Shown: positions 1 to 13,370 of the stretch, in pieces
Layout of the letters: every line of letters begins with the position of its first letter
How positions within the stretch are numbered: the first letter of the stretch is position 1
Assembly: GCF_000181795.1 (NCBI RefSeq)
Contig: NW_003526940.1
Location: 1,941,854-2,005,853 of the forward strand
Source of the DNA: Trichinella spiralis
Lineage: Eukaryota
Direction: 5' to 3'
DNA length: 64,000 nucleotides
Notes under the pieces: model-generated
What the model was told of the DNA's origin: nothing
What the model saw: only the letters and a program-made list of their open reading frames with translations
Database searches by the model: none
Position numbers and translations under genes: made by a program

Positions 1-250
1 TTTTTCACTAGTCAAGAGCAGCAACAACAGTAAAGAACAGTCATGAACAACAACAACAAACAACATAACAGTGAACAATATTAACAAAGTAGAAACGACG
101 AAAGAGAATAATACAATACAATGAAATAAAATACGAGTATAATACAATACAATGCAATACAATACAATACAATACAAATATAATATAGTACAATAGAACA
201 CAACAAAATAGAATAAAAATATAATACAAACCAGCACTTGGAAGGCGGTA

Positions 251-1705
251 GTAAATCGGCTCTGGCGTTATATACATAAAAGCTTCTAGGTACTGCTCCA
301 GCGTACGTCTACCGTTGGTGTATTCACCCGTATATTGTGCAACCCATCGTTGTTTTTGAGCATAAACTCTGTTTACCCGTCTTAAGTCACCAACGGTCAC
401 GTTTCCTGATAGAACTTGTTGAATCAGGGTGTCCATAACACCCTGCTCCGCTATCATGAGCTGTAGCAGTTTATAAAATCCGTTATGACCTTTACCCGCT
501 TTTCTGTTAAGCTGATTTTGCCAACCTTCCAAGTGGTTATTTGTCCTAATATTTACATTATGGACATTCCAAAGCGGCAGTCTTTCATCGGTCATCCACT
601 CCTGCCGAAAATATTGAAATAAGGCTAATAAGTTTCCCGTAGTGCCTGCTTCAAGCAGGCTAACACCCGTATTAACATGCGGTACAGAGAGGAAAGCGGT
701 GGCCAGGAGCATTCTGATTTTTCTTCTTGTTTCCTCACGCTGGTGATATCGTGTTTTCTGTCCCAGCTTACTGACTTTCCTATGTACCGCCTGGCAGAAG
801 TGGAAGTAGCAGCCCTGTACCCGCGTATTCGGGAAGTAATCCTGAATTGCAGGCATCAGGGCTGTTTCAAAATCACAGATAATGGTATCCCGATTAAGGT
901 CGACCTCCAGAACTGCCGCTTTGTCTATTAAAGCTTGAAAAATAAACCCGTATGTGGCAATATCTTTACCCGTACATAAACAATAGACTGCTGGCACCAG
1001 CGTGCCCGCCAAAAAGGCATGGATGGTATGCAGTTGTTGATACCATTGAGGTACAATATTGAATGTATCCTCCATGCCCCAGGTTCGACTGGCTGCCAGC
1101 AATCTAATGTTGGAACCCCTAGCAAATACCAGTATATGCCTCGAATTACTTTGGCACAATAAAAAGTCTTCCCCAGAATTCGTTGCTTTAAACTGATCTG
1201 GTATTACCAGATCATGCCGGTGTTCAGGAAGTCTGGGGAAGCGCTTTGCCCGATGTTTGTACATTGCGGCTCGCACCCGCTTGAAAACCGGAAACTGTCC
1301 GGATGTAGAAGGCTCAGCTGACGCGGCAGAGGCTTCTTCATCATATATTGCGGGGATGGGCTTCGTTTCATCGGCACTTCGTTTTTTAGAAGTGCCTTCT
1401 TCTCCATTTTATATGCCAGATGCTCGTCTACCTGTCAGTTTTCAACGTTATCTTTTCGATTGAACACGGCCGTAACTTCTAAATCTGTCCATACTGCACC
1501 CCTGCAGCCTTTTTTATCCTATACCAAAATAAGGTAATTGTTAATAACAAGGAACGCATGCTGTACATTCAACGCATACCTTTGAACACCTCCAACATTT
1601 CTTCTGTTTGCCCGTGTGTTTCAATTTGTATGCCCTTCCTTCAAAAACAAGGGCCATACTGCCACCATGATTCAGTACAATACACAGCACTGGAATATCA
1701 GCCAT
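251..1705 (-). pseudogene. Mutator-like (MULE) transposase with N-terminal FLYWCH zinc finger, decayed (copy 1)
   Basis: ATG at 1705 (MADIPVL..YKLKHTGKQKKCWRCSK). A GT-AG intron at 1579-1519 is followed by DKKGCRG. There is an in-frame TGA at 1435-1437 and a frameshift in the A-run near 1385. MULE motifs: WGMEDTF (degenerate DGTF), IICDFE, GCYFHF (CxxH), TNNHLEGW. The true stop near 251 appears to be lost. Confidence 0.88.
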
Positions 1706-1776
1706 TGTGAAAATGCTGAACAGAACAGAAAGTAATTCAGATAACTCGGGAAAGCAATAAGTTGCGATGCGGAAAG

Positions 1777-2178
1777 TTTCGAGTGATATTTTTAGATATT
1801 CAATCTGACTTGACCTAAATTCCAACTCCAATAGCTTACATTATCAAACTGTCACTCTGTCAAAATTTGTGACTGATTTATTGGAACAACTGCCGTTGTT
1901 TACTGGGAAAAGAAGCAACTGTTGTCGTTACTGAACCAGAGAACAACAACTTAACAAGCACAGTTGCGATCAGATCGTGTAGAGAGTTGTTGGTGTGATC
2001 CTTTTCGTTTGTACTTTGCCTGTGTTTGATTGTATATTCAATAAAATATATTCGAGATTATCATATACGAAAGGTGAGATTTGTGAAATTCAAATTTAGC
2101 CGCGAAAAAAGACAGTTAGTTGTAGAACCTAATTGTCTATAACAAAGTGTAGTACGATTACCCTGCAAGTCTACTACA
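1777..2178 (+). mobile_element. Solo LTR-like repeat (family Z)
   Basis: Diverged reverse-complement match to 30311-30717, which has TG...CA ends. AATAAA at 2040. No TSD seen. Confidence 0.6.
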
Positions 2179-2868
2179 CACCAAATATATAAATAAATTT
2201 GTTTTTTGATTTATAAATAATATTGCAGATTTTTAATTTTTTATATAAATAAAATATACGAAGGAAAACAATAACTCTGGTGAACAGGAGCAAAAGAAAC
2301 ATTGGAAAGATTAAAGATAAAATTCGTTTGCAAACGAGAAACATTTTCAGAGAACGGCAAAGCAAAATCAGAAAAGTATTTTAATGCTAACAAAAATTAG
2401 CAGTTGCTTATCCTGGTTTTAATTCAAACTGCAGCTGTGGACAATTTATCACTTGTTGACTTTTCCTTTGTATTAGGGCAATTTCTAACAAATGGTAAGC
2501 ATCTTATACATAAATCTTATATAATTGCCAGCTAAAACGAATGATCTGATGAACTCAGATAAATAAAAGTAAAACATTTTGAAAGCAGAATGAAAGCGAT
2601 GGACAGCACCAAGCAGAATAGCAGTTAAAGCTGCTTCAAATTCTTTCTTCAGTAGACATCGCGTTCTTTGATGTCAGCATTTGTGCGCCAATTGTATGTG
2701 ATTAATTTTATTTTATCAGAATCAACAAGAGGCATTAGTGCCACAAGGAATATCACAAGTTGATCTTCAATTGTAGATAAAATATGAAATGAAAACTAAA
2801 TATTGTTGCAACAGTTATTAAAAATAGAATTCAAAACCGTCCAATTCATTTTTGTTTGGTCCTGTGTT

Positions 2869-3863
2869 TTGCATTCGAGAGTTATTTGAATCATTTTCTG
2901 TTCTGTTCATCATTTTCACAATGGCTGATATTTCTGAGCTGCGTTTTGTACCAAATCGTGGCGGAAGTACGTCCCTTGTTTCTCAAGGAAGGACAAATAC
3001 AAATAGAGATACACCAATAAACAGAAAAAACATTGGATTTGCTCAAAAGTATGCGCTAAATGTACAGTGTGTCCTTCGTTATTAAGGGATACGTTATTTT
3101 GGTATAGGGCAAAGAAGGCTGCAAGGGTGTCATATGGACAAACCGAGATGTGACATGCGTGATCACGCAAAACGATCACATCAAAAGCTGCCCAGTGGAT
3201 GAGCACTTGGCATACAAAATGGAAAAGAAGGCGGTTTTGAAAAAACGAAGCGCGGAAGAAACAAAATCCATCCTCGCCATTTACGATGAAGTTCCCGCCG
3301 CGTCCGCCGTGCCATCTACATCTGGCCATTTTCCGCTTTTTAAGCGGGTGAAGTCCACGATGTATAGGCACCAGGCAAAGCGATACCCAAAACTGCCCAG
3401 TCATCGTCGGTACCTGCAAATCCCGGTCCCGTTCAGGACAACGAAGGCCGGTGATGATTTTTTATTGTGGCGAAGTGCATCAAGGCAGATACTGGTATTT
3501 GCTACTGGTTCTAACATTAGACTGATGGCAACCAGGCGAACCTGGGCATTGTATGATACATTCAAGGTTGTACCACAATGGTATCAAAAACCGTTTACTA
3601 TCCATGCCTTTTTGGTGGGCAAGCTGGTGACAGCAGTCAATTGTTTGTGTACGGATAAAGATATTCCCACATACGAGTTTATTTTAAGCAAGTCAGGCAT
3701 AACCAGCAGTCCTCAGCGTCAGTCTTAATCTAGAAACAATAATTTGTGATTCTGAAATCTCTCTGATACCACTTTGTTGATATTGTTTACTGTTATGTTG
3801 TTTATTGTTCTTGTTGTTGACTGTTCTTTACTGCTGTTGTTGCTGCTCTTGACTAGTGAAAAA
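2869..3863 (+). pseudogene. Second FLYWCH-MULE transposase copy, internally deleted
   Basis: ATG at 2921 (MADISEL), same intron at 3049-3107, ORF 3150-3728 colinear with copy 1. After ~3770 it jumps to a 3' tail (3771-3863) that is the reverse complement of 1-90. Confidence 0.85.
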
Positions 3864-4184
3864 TCAAAATCACTATTTAACTTATTTTTGCATCGTATTG
3901 TTTTTTCTGAATTATTACTATCGCATTTGATATAACGTCACTCTGGTACAATAAAATATGGAATAATGATAAAAATTATTATTGAAAACGTTGATCACCA
4001 AAAAGTATAAACTTCACTAATAATATATTGGAAAAACAAAATTTCAATGAATGATAAAACTTATAAATCTTGATTGAAACAATTCCCAAATAAGGAATAT
4101 TTTCATTATTAATGTTACGTCACCACTATTAAAGTTACGTAATCTTAAATGGAATATTTGAACCAATGAAATGAAGAACATTAC

Positions 4185-4329
4185 AGCTAATCACAACTGA
4201 AGAGTTTGAATCAATGAGCAATTAGATAAGGGAAACCAATAAGACGACGAATTGAAGGTCCAATAAAATAGCGAGTTTAACGACCAGTAAAATTAGACGG
4301 TGAAAATTTGTCCCAAAATCGACCATCCC
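4185..4329. repeat. Probable subterminal/terminal sequence of a DNA transposon, related to the left end of the element at 35587-36256
   Basis: TCACAACTGAAGAGTTTGAATCAATGAGCAATTAG (4191-4225) is the exact reverse complement of ~35763-35797. Looser similarity continues through AATAAAATAGCG toward ACCATCCC at 4329. Confidence 0.55.
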
Positions 4330-7034
4330 TCCGGTTGATTTGTCTAGCTCAGTTAGCTGCGTAATGCTTTATGCCCAGCAGCATTTTACTTCCTGCTTCA
4401 TACTGTACTTCTCGTTTACTTCAGTATTAGTAATAATGGAATCCATTTCCGCGTCCATTTTCTGTTTATTTCCGTCCAGTCCAGAAAGCCGTATCGATCA
4501 CAATTTCAGCAGGCAAATTTCGGATGATAATATCTTATCTTGTTTCGCTCCTCAGCTAATAACCCTGGAATGCTAAGCACTGAACTTAAACGCAAGACCA
4601 AAAAGGAAAATAAATTTGACGGTTTAAATTCCATTTTAAATAATTATTTTGAAACAACATTTGGTTTTCATTTCTCATCTTATCTACAATTGAAGATCAA
4701 CTTGTGATTTTCGTTATAGCGCCAACACCTTTTGCTGATGTTGACAGAAGATTATTAATCACAGACAAATGGCGCACAAATGCTGACATCAAACAATGCG
4801 ATGTCCACTGCAAAGTGAATTTGAAGCAGCTTTCACAGCTTTTCTGCATGGTGCTGTCCATTGCTTTTTTCCGCTTTCAAAGTAACTTACTTTTATCCAT
4901 CCGCGTTGATAAATACTGTTTCAGAGAATGTCAACCAACAGTTTTTTCACCCATCAAATAATAACGCTTTAGCTGGCAATTGTATGAAATTTATGCATAA
5001 GGTGCTTTTCCGTTTGTCAGAAATTTTTCTGAAGAGCAGCTAAGGGCTATACAAGTACAAAGGGAAAATCTACAATTAATAAATTGTCTACAGCTGCAGT
5101 TTTCCGCTAAAACTAGGAGTGGTGATTGCTGAATGTTAGCATCGACATATTTTTTGTTCGCTGAAAATATTTCAAGTTTGGATGAGAATTTTATCTTCAT
5201 TCTCTTCAATGTTTTTTCGTTCCTTTTCACAAGAGTTATTGTTTTTATTCTTATGTTTCATTAAAATAAAAAATAAAATCTTGATTTTTGTTTAAAATAG
5301 AAATTTGTGGTAATATATTTTGTGCAAACTGTTTTAAATTAGTTTTTTAATATCTAAAGTAAACTGACAGCTGTGTTGACTAAACATTCAAGTTGTCGTT
5401 GTTATATTACTATGGTTCAACATTCCAGATCAAAAATATCTATTGCATTTCGAAATAATTTCACCAAACAAAAGTGAAATCAAAGAAAATTATTTTTCAT
5501 CTTAAGTTCACTCCATCACGGGTGTGTCCATTATCTTGCTCTAGCACAGCATATGCTCTGCCAAAATATGATCATAGTTAATTACCCTGGTCAGCAACCA
5601 AGGAGCATAAATTGGTCTTTCATGTGCTGCCAAAATTTTCATTCCCATTGTTGAGAATGAACAATAATTGTGCAATATCATGGAGTTCATTGCCTTGGTC
5701 AGATAATGAGTTCATTTGAGAAAGAATCTGCAGCATTGTAAAAATTCCAGACCACCATTTATCATGGCATGAATTTGTGGCTTGTGCATTTAGATGGCAT
5801 CATAGTGCTCAGAAATACTGAAATGCCAGCTTCTGTAGATTAGCGTGTAATGTTATGAAGCTTGTGGTGCAGTATACACTGACTTCACATCATATGGATG
5901 ATCTGTGAAAAATTTCTCAGATGTGACGTAGCTAATGCACAGATTGAACTAAAAATGCTTTTGCCTAACATATGGGAAATTTAACAGCAGTACATGTGTG
6001 TTGGTCTAGTAAAATTTCAGAAAATCCTTCGTTCTGAATGCTGTTAACCTAGCCCACAATAATTACTGCAGAATTTTCTTCATTGTCAAGCTAGTGAACC
6101 AGACTAGGTCTGTTACCATCGCAAAAAGTCATTACATGTCAAATTATGAAAACAAAAAATGACTTAGATAAGCACGTTTATTTAACATCTCTTTGTTCAG
6201 TTATCTCTTCTTCAAGCTGTTCATTTGTTGCTTCTATATTTTTGTAGAATAATGCAATTAGATAATAAAGATATTTAATTTGTAAAGAACAAAACCGTCA
6301 ATTCTATTTTTCATATTTCACTCCTCAATGCTTATCATTAGCTTGTGCTATTTTCCGTATCGTAGGTTTGAGATGTGTTTTCGAATGATGAGAATAAATA
6401 ATAATGAATTTCAGTTTGTATCTCAAAGAACTGACATAAGCCAATACACAAAGGAAGATGCCACACGCTCAAGTGCACAAATCATAATGACAAATACGGA
6501 TTGTGAATAAACATAAAAACAATGGCCTAATGTAGCACATTATTATTGTAATATTGCAGCCAATCCATTTTTTCAACATAACGATTAGTTGGTTGCCGTG
6601 GCACAGCGTCTACAAGTTTAGAAATGGACTTTTTCCACGTTATCGTTGTATTGCCCATCTTGTCCATGGTATATATTGTATTAAAGTTCTGATTTGCTTG
6701 TTGTTGTAAAATGGAAATTTCTGTACTATACATTTGCTTAGTTCTGAAGCGCTTATATCGAATAGTAGAAAAGTTTCTGCGAAAACAGTCTGTTGATCAT
6801 CATAGATGTAAAGAAGTAAAATGCAAAAGCAAACTTACAAGAATAAAATTAAGCAATAAGATAATCTTTTGTGAACAGTGAAATGTAAAACGCAAAAGCT
6901 TTTGAAAAGCATCATTTGCAAAGTCTAAAAACAAATATACACAGTTCCACGTTATAACTAAAAGCTTTTTCTTTTAAAAATAGTAAATGCTTTTTTTTGT
7001 CCATACAAGGTATTCTAATGATAATGCACCCATA

Positions 7035-7490
7035 TGTGGTAAAGAATTGATAAACAACAATCACCCAATCCTAGATCAATGCTGAATAGCTAATCATATG
7101 GCACAGTTATTCATCCAGTCACTTATCAAAATAATTAGCTAATAAAATAGCAGAAGTCATTAGCCAATTACCAAACAATACCCCTAAAACCAATCAGCGA
7201 CAAGCCAATCACAAAAAGGTGTCGAATTTTTGCGGATGAGTTCAGACCAAACCCCAAAAAAAAGATATAAATACGAGTGAGGAGGGAGGAGGGAACAACA
7301 CACAATTTCCAACGCATACGAAGAACACGGAACCTCTGAACTACTTTCTCTCGCTACATCATTGTTGTTACTCACTGTTTATTCTGAATAAATCGAATCT
7401 CAGTCACACCCGCGTCGTTGATCTTTATAATTAACCTATACAGTCCACTACAAGAAAGATCTTCAAGTTTGAATGAAAGATTTCTTAACA
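7035..7490 (+). mobile_element. Solo LTR-like repeat (family W)
   Basis: TATAAA at ~7266, AATAAA at ~7387, ends ...TTAACA. 7255-7489 matches the reverse complement of 30735-30970. The 5' boundary is uncertain. Confidence 0.55.
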
Positions 7491-7623
7491 ATTATATTAT
7501 ATTATATTATATTATATTATCATATTGCCATTTATTTTTCATTTTAAATACGTTTGTTTGAAAAGAGTATTTTAATAAGGAAATATTTATTTATCAGAAA
7601 ATTAATTTTATAATCATATGCAT

Positions 7624-8007
7624 TGTAACGAGCGAAACAACAAGTCACTCGTCTCCGATGTTAGTGGACTGTATGTCTGAGTTGTTTTTGCAAGGTCGGG
7701 AGTGTCCAATGTGTTAGACAATCCGACTTATAAGGCGACAACTGTTATTTAAAAACTCGATTGAGTGTCAAACAGTTTACTCAAGAAAATAACACTGAGC
7801 CGGGGATAATCAAACAAGAAATAAAAGAATAACACACCAAGAAAAGCAAACACGCTAAAGGCAAACTACTAACAACGACAAGCCACGACACTATCTCGCC
7901 AGCAACCACGCCCCAAAAATCCCCTATTACGTCACTTCCGGGTCTACCGTATTATTAATGACACTCAGGTTCTCTGTTGAATACAGACCCCATTTCTGTC
8001 GTCTACA
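7624..8007 (-). repeat. 3' LTR of element 1
   Basis: Direct repeat of 13371-13754 with 3 mismatches counted by eye. Confidence 0.97.
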
Positions 8008-11000
8008 TCCTCCCCCCCCCCGGATGGGGGTGTCTTACGCCCATCACTGACAGTTGCCGATTCGAGTTGAACAAGCTTCGCCACTGGCCGCGTGATCACG
8101 TTGTTCGACGTCCGGATCCTGGCTGATCTCGCTATGCCATCGCTGCCAAAGTGCAATTCCGTAATCACGCCGATCGGGCACTGGACTCGCGGGATGTTGT
8201 CCTCCAGGATCAACACCAAATCGTTCACTTCTGGCCCGGCTGGGGAAGATCTCCATTTCTGTCGCTGCATCAGTTCCGACAGATATTCTCGTCTCCAACT
8301 TCGCCACCATTTCGCGAGGAGCTGCTGACGGTATCGCCATCGGTCGCTCCATTGCGGGGGGCCGCGTCCTACTGGCTGCCATTCTGGGTCATGGGCTTCA
8401 ATTGCCGGGAAGTCCACGTACGCACGACCGGTCAGCAACTGAAACAGTGATAAAGGGTGGCGTTCGTGGTCTTCATCCCCCACGAATGTCAGTGGTCTGG
8501 CGTTGAGGGAGGCTTCTACTTCACAGAGAGTTGTTCTGAGTTCTTCTTCATCAAGAAGCGCTTTTCCGAGGATCTTCCGCAACGATTCCTTGATCGAGCG
8601 GACGAGGCGTTCCCAGTAGCCTCCCATCCACGGGGCTCTCTCCGTGATGAATTTCCAGTGGATGCGGTGGCCTACCAGCTCACGCTGGACTCGGTCCACG
8701 TCCACGTGTCGCCAGAGTTGCCTCAACTCTGACGCGGCGGCTTTGAAGGAGCGGAAATTATCCGATTGGATAATCTCCGGTCTTCCTCGCCGGGCGATGA
8801 ACCGCCGGAGCGCTTGCATCACTCTGGCCGTCGTCATCTGAGGGACCAGTTCTAAGTGCACTGCCCGGGATGCCATGCACGTAAACAAGCACACATAGCA
8901 CTTGGAAGTGGCCCTTTTTCCGACACGAATGAGCAATGGCCCCGCGAAATCTATCCCAGTGTGAGCGAAAGCAGCGGCTTCGACCACTCGACTGGATGGC
9001 AAGGCCGCCATTTTCAGCTGAATCGGTCTGGCCATTGCACGCCGACAAGCAAAACAGTGCCGGATTACTTTCTTCACTTGGGTGCGCCCTTTCAACACCC
9101 AATATTGCTGTCTTAAAATTGCCAGCGTATGCGTGGTCCCAGCGTGCAGCTGCCGTGCGTGGCAGCGTTTAATCAGACCCATCGTCAGGGCGTGGTCTCC
9201 AGGCAGGATCACCGGGTGTTTCATGTGTGATGGCAACTCTGCGTTCTCCAGTCTTCCACCGACCCGCAGGAATCCTTCTTCATCCACGAAAGGGTCCAGT
9301 CGACTAAGCCGACTGGTCGCGACGACACGCCCCTTCCGTGACAGTGCCTGAAGTTCGGAACTGAAAGCTTCCGACTGGGCCATTCGCACCCACGTGCCCT
9401 CCGCCATCCGCAGTTCGGCCACCGTGAATGCGCCACTCTGACGAGCTTCTGCCGGCAATCGGCAATTGCGTACGAAACGCTGGCAGTACGCTGTGATACG
9501 GAAAAGCCGTTCCACACAGCCGTACCTTTCAGGACCAATGGAATTGCATTCCACATGAGTAGTGACGCCAACCGTCACTCGTTGTTCGCTTCGTCGCTCA
9601 TCACGCACGGGCGACGTATTCTCTGTTATGGGCTGACCCACCGGCCAGGCATTGTGTGGATGAGCCAACCATTTCGGCCCATGCCACCACAATGGCGACT
9701 CTAACAATTTTGGAAGCGTCGTGCCGCGGCTTAGAAAATCGGCCGGGTTCTGCCGCCCTGGGCAGTGTCTCCATGCCGCAGGTTCCACCAACTGTTGGAT
9801 CTCTGCGACGCGATTCCGCACGAAAGGCTTCCAACGGTCGGCCGACGATTGTATCCATGCAAGAGTGACCGCACTATCACACCAGCAAGTGATGCCATGC
9901 ACTTGCAGACCCAACATTTTCTGGACAGAGCGCACCAGTCTTGCCGCCACGAGGGCCCCCATGAGCTCCAGCCTCGGGAGGGTTAATCTCCGGATTGGGG
10001 CAACCCGCGTCTTCGACGTCACGAAGTTCACCACGGTGTGGTGGTTCGTCGTCTCAATGCGCATGTATGCCACGGCGCCATATGCCTTCTCCGACGCGTC
10101 GCAAAATGCGTGGATCTCCAAACGTGTCACTTGGCCAAGGGCCACCGGTACGAGTGCGCGTGGAAGACGGATCCTCGACAGATGCGGCAGCTCTTGCTTC
10201 CAGCGCCTCCATTGCTCCATCACGTCATGTGGCAATGGCTCGTCCCACGACGTCCCACGCTGCCACAGAGTCTGGAGAAACATCTTCGCTCGTACGGTGA
10301 ACGGTGCCAAGCATCCAACTAGATCGAAGACGCGAAATGCAGTGCTTAACAACGACCGCTTTGACTCTCCACCCGGGCTGTTCACCATCGCCGGTGGTGA
10401 GAAGGTCAAAACATCACCCCGTCGGTCCCACTGCATTCCGAGCGTCTTCCAGAGGTGGCTTCTATTGGAGGCGGATCTTACTTCATCCGGCACGGATGTC
10501 AACGCTTCAGGCTCGTTGCTAGCCCATTTATGCAAGTGGAAACCTCCCTTGGCCAACAGTCCTCGTAATTCGCCAGCCAACTCCCTTGCCTCCTCGATCG
10601 TGTCGCATGACGTGGCCAGATCATCCACATACATGTTTTCTAAGATCTCCGCGGCTGCTCGTGGTCCAGCGTCTTGGTGACGTCTCGCGTGCACCCTCAC
10701 CGTGTTGATGGCCAGAAAAGGAGAGCATGTCAAACCAAAGCACACCCGCTGCAACCTGAGATGGCTAAGTTCACCCGACTTGTCCCTCCACAAAAAACGG
10801 CAAGCATCTCGATCTTGCTCTGCAATCCGCACCTGAAGGTACATCTTCTGAATGTCGGCTTGTAGGCCGACACGGTACCTTCTGAATCGCAGGAGGGCCT
10901 TGAGCAGGTCGATCTGCAAGTTCGGGCCGACTTCGAGTTGGCGGTTCNNNNNNNNNNNNNNNNNNNNNNNNNNNNNNNNNNNNNNNNNNNNNNNNNNNNN

Positions 11001-13284
11001 NNNNNNNNNNNNNNNNNNNNNNNNNNNNNNNNNNNNNNNNNNNNNNNNNNNNNNNNNNNNNNNNNNNNNNNNNNNNNNNNNNNNNNNNNNNNNNNNNNNN
11101 NNNNNNNNNNNNNNNNNNNNNNNNNNNNNNNNNNNNNNNNNNNNNNNNNNNNNNNNNNNNNNNNNNNNNNNNNNNNNNNNNNNNNNNNNNNNNNNNNNNN
11201 NNNNNNNNNNNNNNNNNNNNNNNNNNNNNNNNNNNNNNNNNNNNNNNNNNNNNNNNNNNNNNNNNNNNNNNNNNNNNNNNNNNNNNNNNNNNNNNNNNNN
11301 NNNNNNNNNNNNNNNNNNNNNNNNNNNNNNNNNNNNNNNNNNNNNNNNNNNNNNNNNNNNNNNNNNNNNNNNNNNNNNNNNNNNNNNNNNNNNNNNNNNN
11401 NNNNNNNNNNNNNNNNNNNNNNNNNNNNNNNNNNNNNNNNNNNNNNNNNNNNNNNNNNNNNNNNNNNNNNNNNNNNNNNNNNNNNNNNNNNNNNNNNNNN
11501 NNNNNNNNNNNNNNNNNNNNNNNNNNNNNNNNNNNNNNNNNNNNNNNNNNNNNNNNNNNNNNNNNNNNNNNNNNNNNNNNNNNNNNNNNNNNNNNNNNNN
11601 NNNNNNNNNNNNNNNNNNNNNNNNNNNNNNNNNNNNNNNNNNNNNNNNNNNNNNNNNNNNNNNNNNNNNNNNNNNNNNNNNNNNNNNNNNNNNNNNGGAT
11701 TCGGATCGACCGCTCCCAGATGGAACTCAACCCGACGCATCCGTCGCTCTGTTCCTCCCTCATTGTCGACAGTTACCAGGCGGATCACTTCTTGCGGACC
11801 AGCAAGTCCTAGAGCGTCGGCCACATCCTTCCTAATGAAGGAGCTTTGGGAGCCTGGGTCGAGGAGGCATTGCACGAGCACGCATTGACCATCCTTGCCA
11901 AAGGCACGCGCACGCACGCTTTGGAGGCGGACCTGCTGAGCGCCACCGTTTGCGGTCAGCATGCAGCTCCGAGACATGGGTGCCTCGGCTGTCTGATCCT
12001 GGGGAGGCGACTGCGAACGGTGCAGAAGCCCGTGGTGACTACCCCACATCCAGACACTGTGCACTTCCACCTTACTTTACAAGCCTTCACCCGATGGCCA
12101 CTTTGTAGACAACGGAAACACAACTTGTTCCTAGCTACCATGCGTGAGCGCATGTGGACGTCTGCCTGTAGGAACTCTTCGCAAGAGGCAATATCGTGGT
12201 CACCCTTACATATCGGGCAGCTGCTGTTGACAGCCGCGTGTAGGACAGTTGTGGCGCCCCTTGCCGCCCGTTTCTCCGTTTGGCGAGTTCGCTGCCGCTC
12301 TTGACAACCTGGACCGGGATCTTGCTGCTTCGGGTCGTCCTGCTTGACGAGTCCTCTTCCGCCTGAAGAAGCAGCCGCTGCACGCTTCGCTGCCGCCCGG
12401 ACCTGAGCGAAGTTGAGAAACTCTGGCAAGTCCCCTTTCGTGCCTGAAGCCGACTGCACGTGAACGTCCCATGCCAGACGAATCTCCTCAGGAAACTTTT
12501 CCGCAAGAAGCGGCAGGAAGGCTTCATTCGCCGTCATCTCGCCCGTTGCCGGATTCTTTCCCAGGGCGGTCAGGCATCGGAGATGTCGATTTATCTCGTC
12601 TACCAAAGCCTGTATGCTAGCTCCTGAGTCGCTACACGGCTTGGCGTTCCAAATTGCCTTCACATGTTCCCGTACGATGACATCTGTACGTCCGAAACGT
12701 TCTTGCAACAACTCCATGGCGTGTGAGTAGTTTGCGCTAGAGCGTGGCATCCCTTCAACCGCAGCCAGAGCTTCACCGGATAAACTGGACAGCAAGTACG
12801 AGAACTTCGAGGCGTCGTCCAAATCCGTCCGATTATGGACACATCCCTGAAAGCGGTCCCAGAACGCTGGGAATTCGAGCACTTCACCCGAAAACACTGG
12901 CATCTTCAGTTCCGGGAGCCTTTCCTTTACATCTGTCTTGCTGTCACTGCGGGGGCCAAGATCGTTGGAGCTAGCTGAACAATCGGACAAGGAGCCTTCC
13001 ATTTGTCGAATCCTCGCTCGAGCTTCTCTGCGAGCTATCTGGGTCCGTTCAGAGAGCGCCACCCAATGCTTGGCCTCTTGATCTCGCTCCTCACCCGTCA
13101 ACGCCGCTTCCAACTGCAATTGCATCTCTAACGTCTTGTCATGAAACGCCATCACGTCATCAAGTAGTTCTCAGAGGTCATCGGGATGTGACGCATCCTT
13201 ACAGAGTTGCGTCAGTTGATCGATCATCACATGAAGCTTCGCCCTTCGAACTTCGGTCTTGCTCACTATGCTCTCAGCTCTCAT
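7965..13284 (-). pseudogene. BEL/Pao gag-pol polyprotein of element 1 (two disablements)
   Basis: Gag: PVFSGEVLEFPAFWDRF, zinc knuckles CPICKGDH and CFRCLQSGH. Protease: LLDPGSQSSF. RT: ADIQKMYLQV, CFGLTCSPF, YVDD. RNase H: HAFCDASEKAYG. Integrase: HAG..CFAC, GIDFAGP, SDN, WERL. ATG at 13284, in-frame TGA at 13171-13173, frameshift near 12042. Confidence 0.93.
8008..8021 (-). promoter_or_regulatory. Polypurine tract of element 1
   Basis: G-run followed by AGGA on the minus strand, directly abutting the 3' LTR. Confidence 0.85.
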
Positions 13285-13350
13285 GATGGATCGACTCAAA
13301 ATGGGAATGTGTGTTGCAACGATGAGATTTCTACTTGATTATTCCACTGC

Positions 13351-13367
13351 TCCGGCTCGGAGGACCA
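13351..13367 (-). promoter_or_regulatory. Primer binding site of element 1 (tRNA-Tyr-like)
   Basis: TGGTCCTCCGAGCCGGA lies 3 nt inside the 5' LTR. It resembles the complement of the eukaryotic tRNA-Tyr 3' end, a primer known for BEL/Pao elements. Confidence 0.8.
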
Positions 13368-13370
13368 GAA

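Noticed and set aside
41..250. Hydrophobic Cys/Tyr/Ile-rich tail of the 411-aa MULE ORF
   Set aside because: Read-through into an (AATAC)n-like low-complexity 3' region after loss of the stop codon; not a real membrane domain.
5450..6800. Moderately GC-richer stretch with a few splice-like sites and a 68-aa ORF (6527-6733)
   Set aside because: No recognisable motif or consistent exon chain could be built.
8044..12974. Many overlapping ORFs on both strands, including 9721-10680 (319 aa) and ORFs running through Ns
   Set aside because: Shadow frames of the GC-rich BEL/Pao pol, or artefacts of the N gap.
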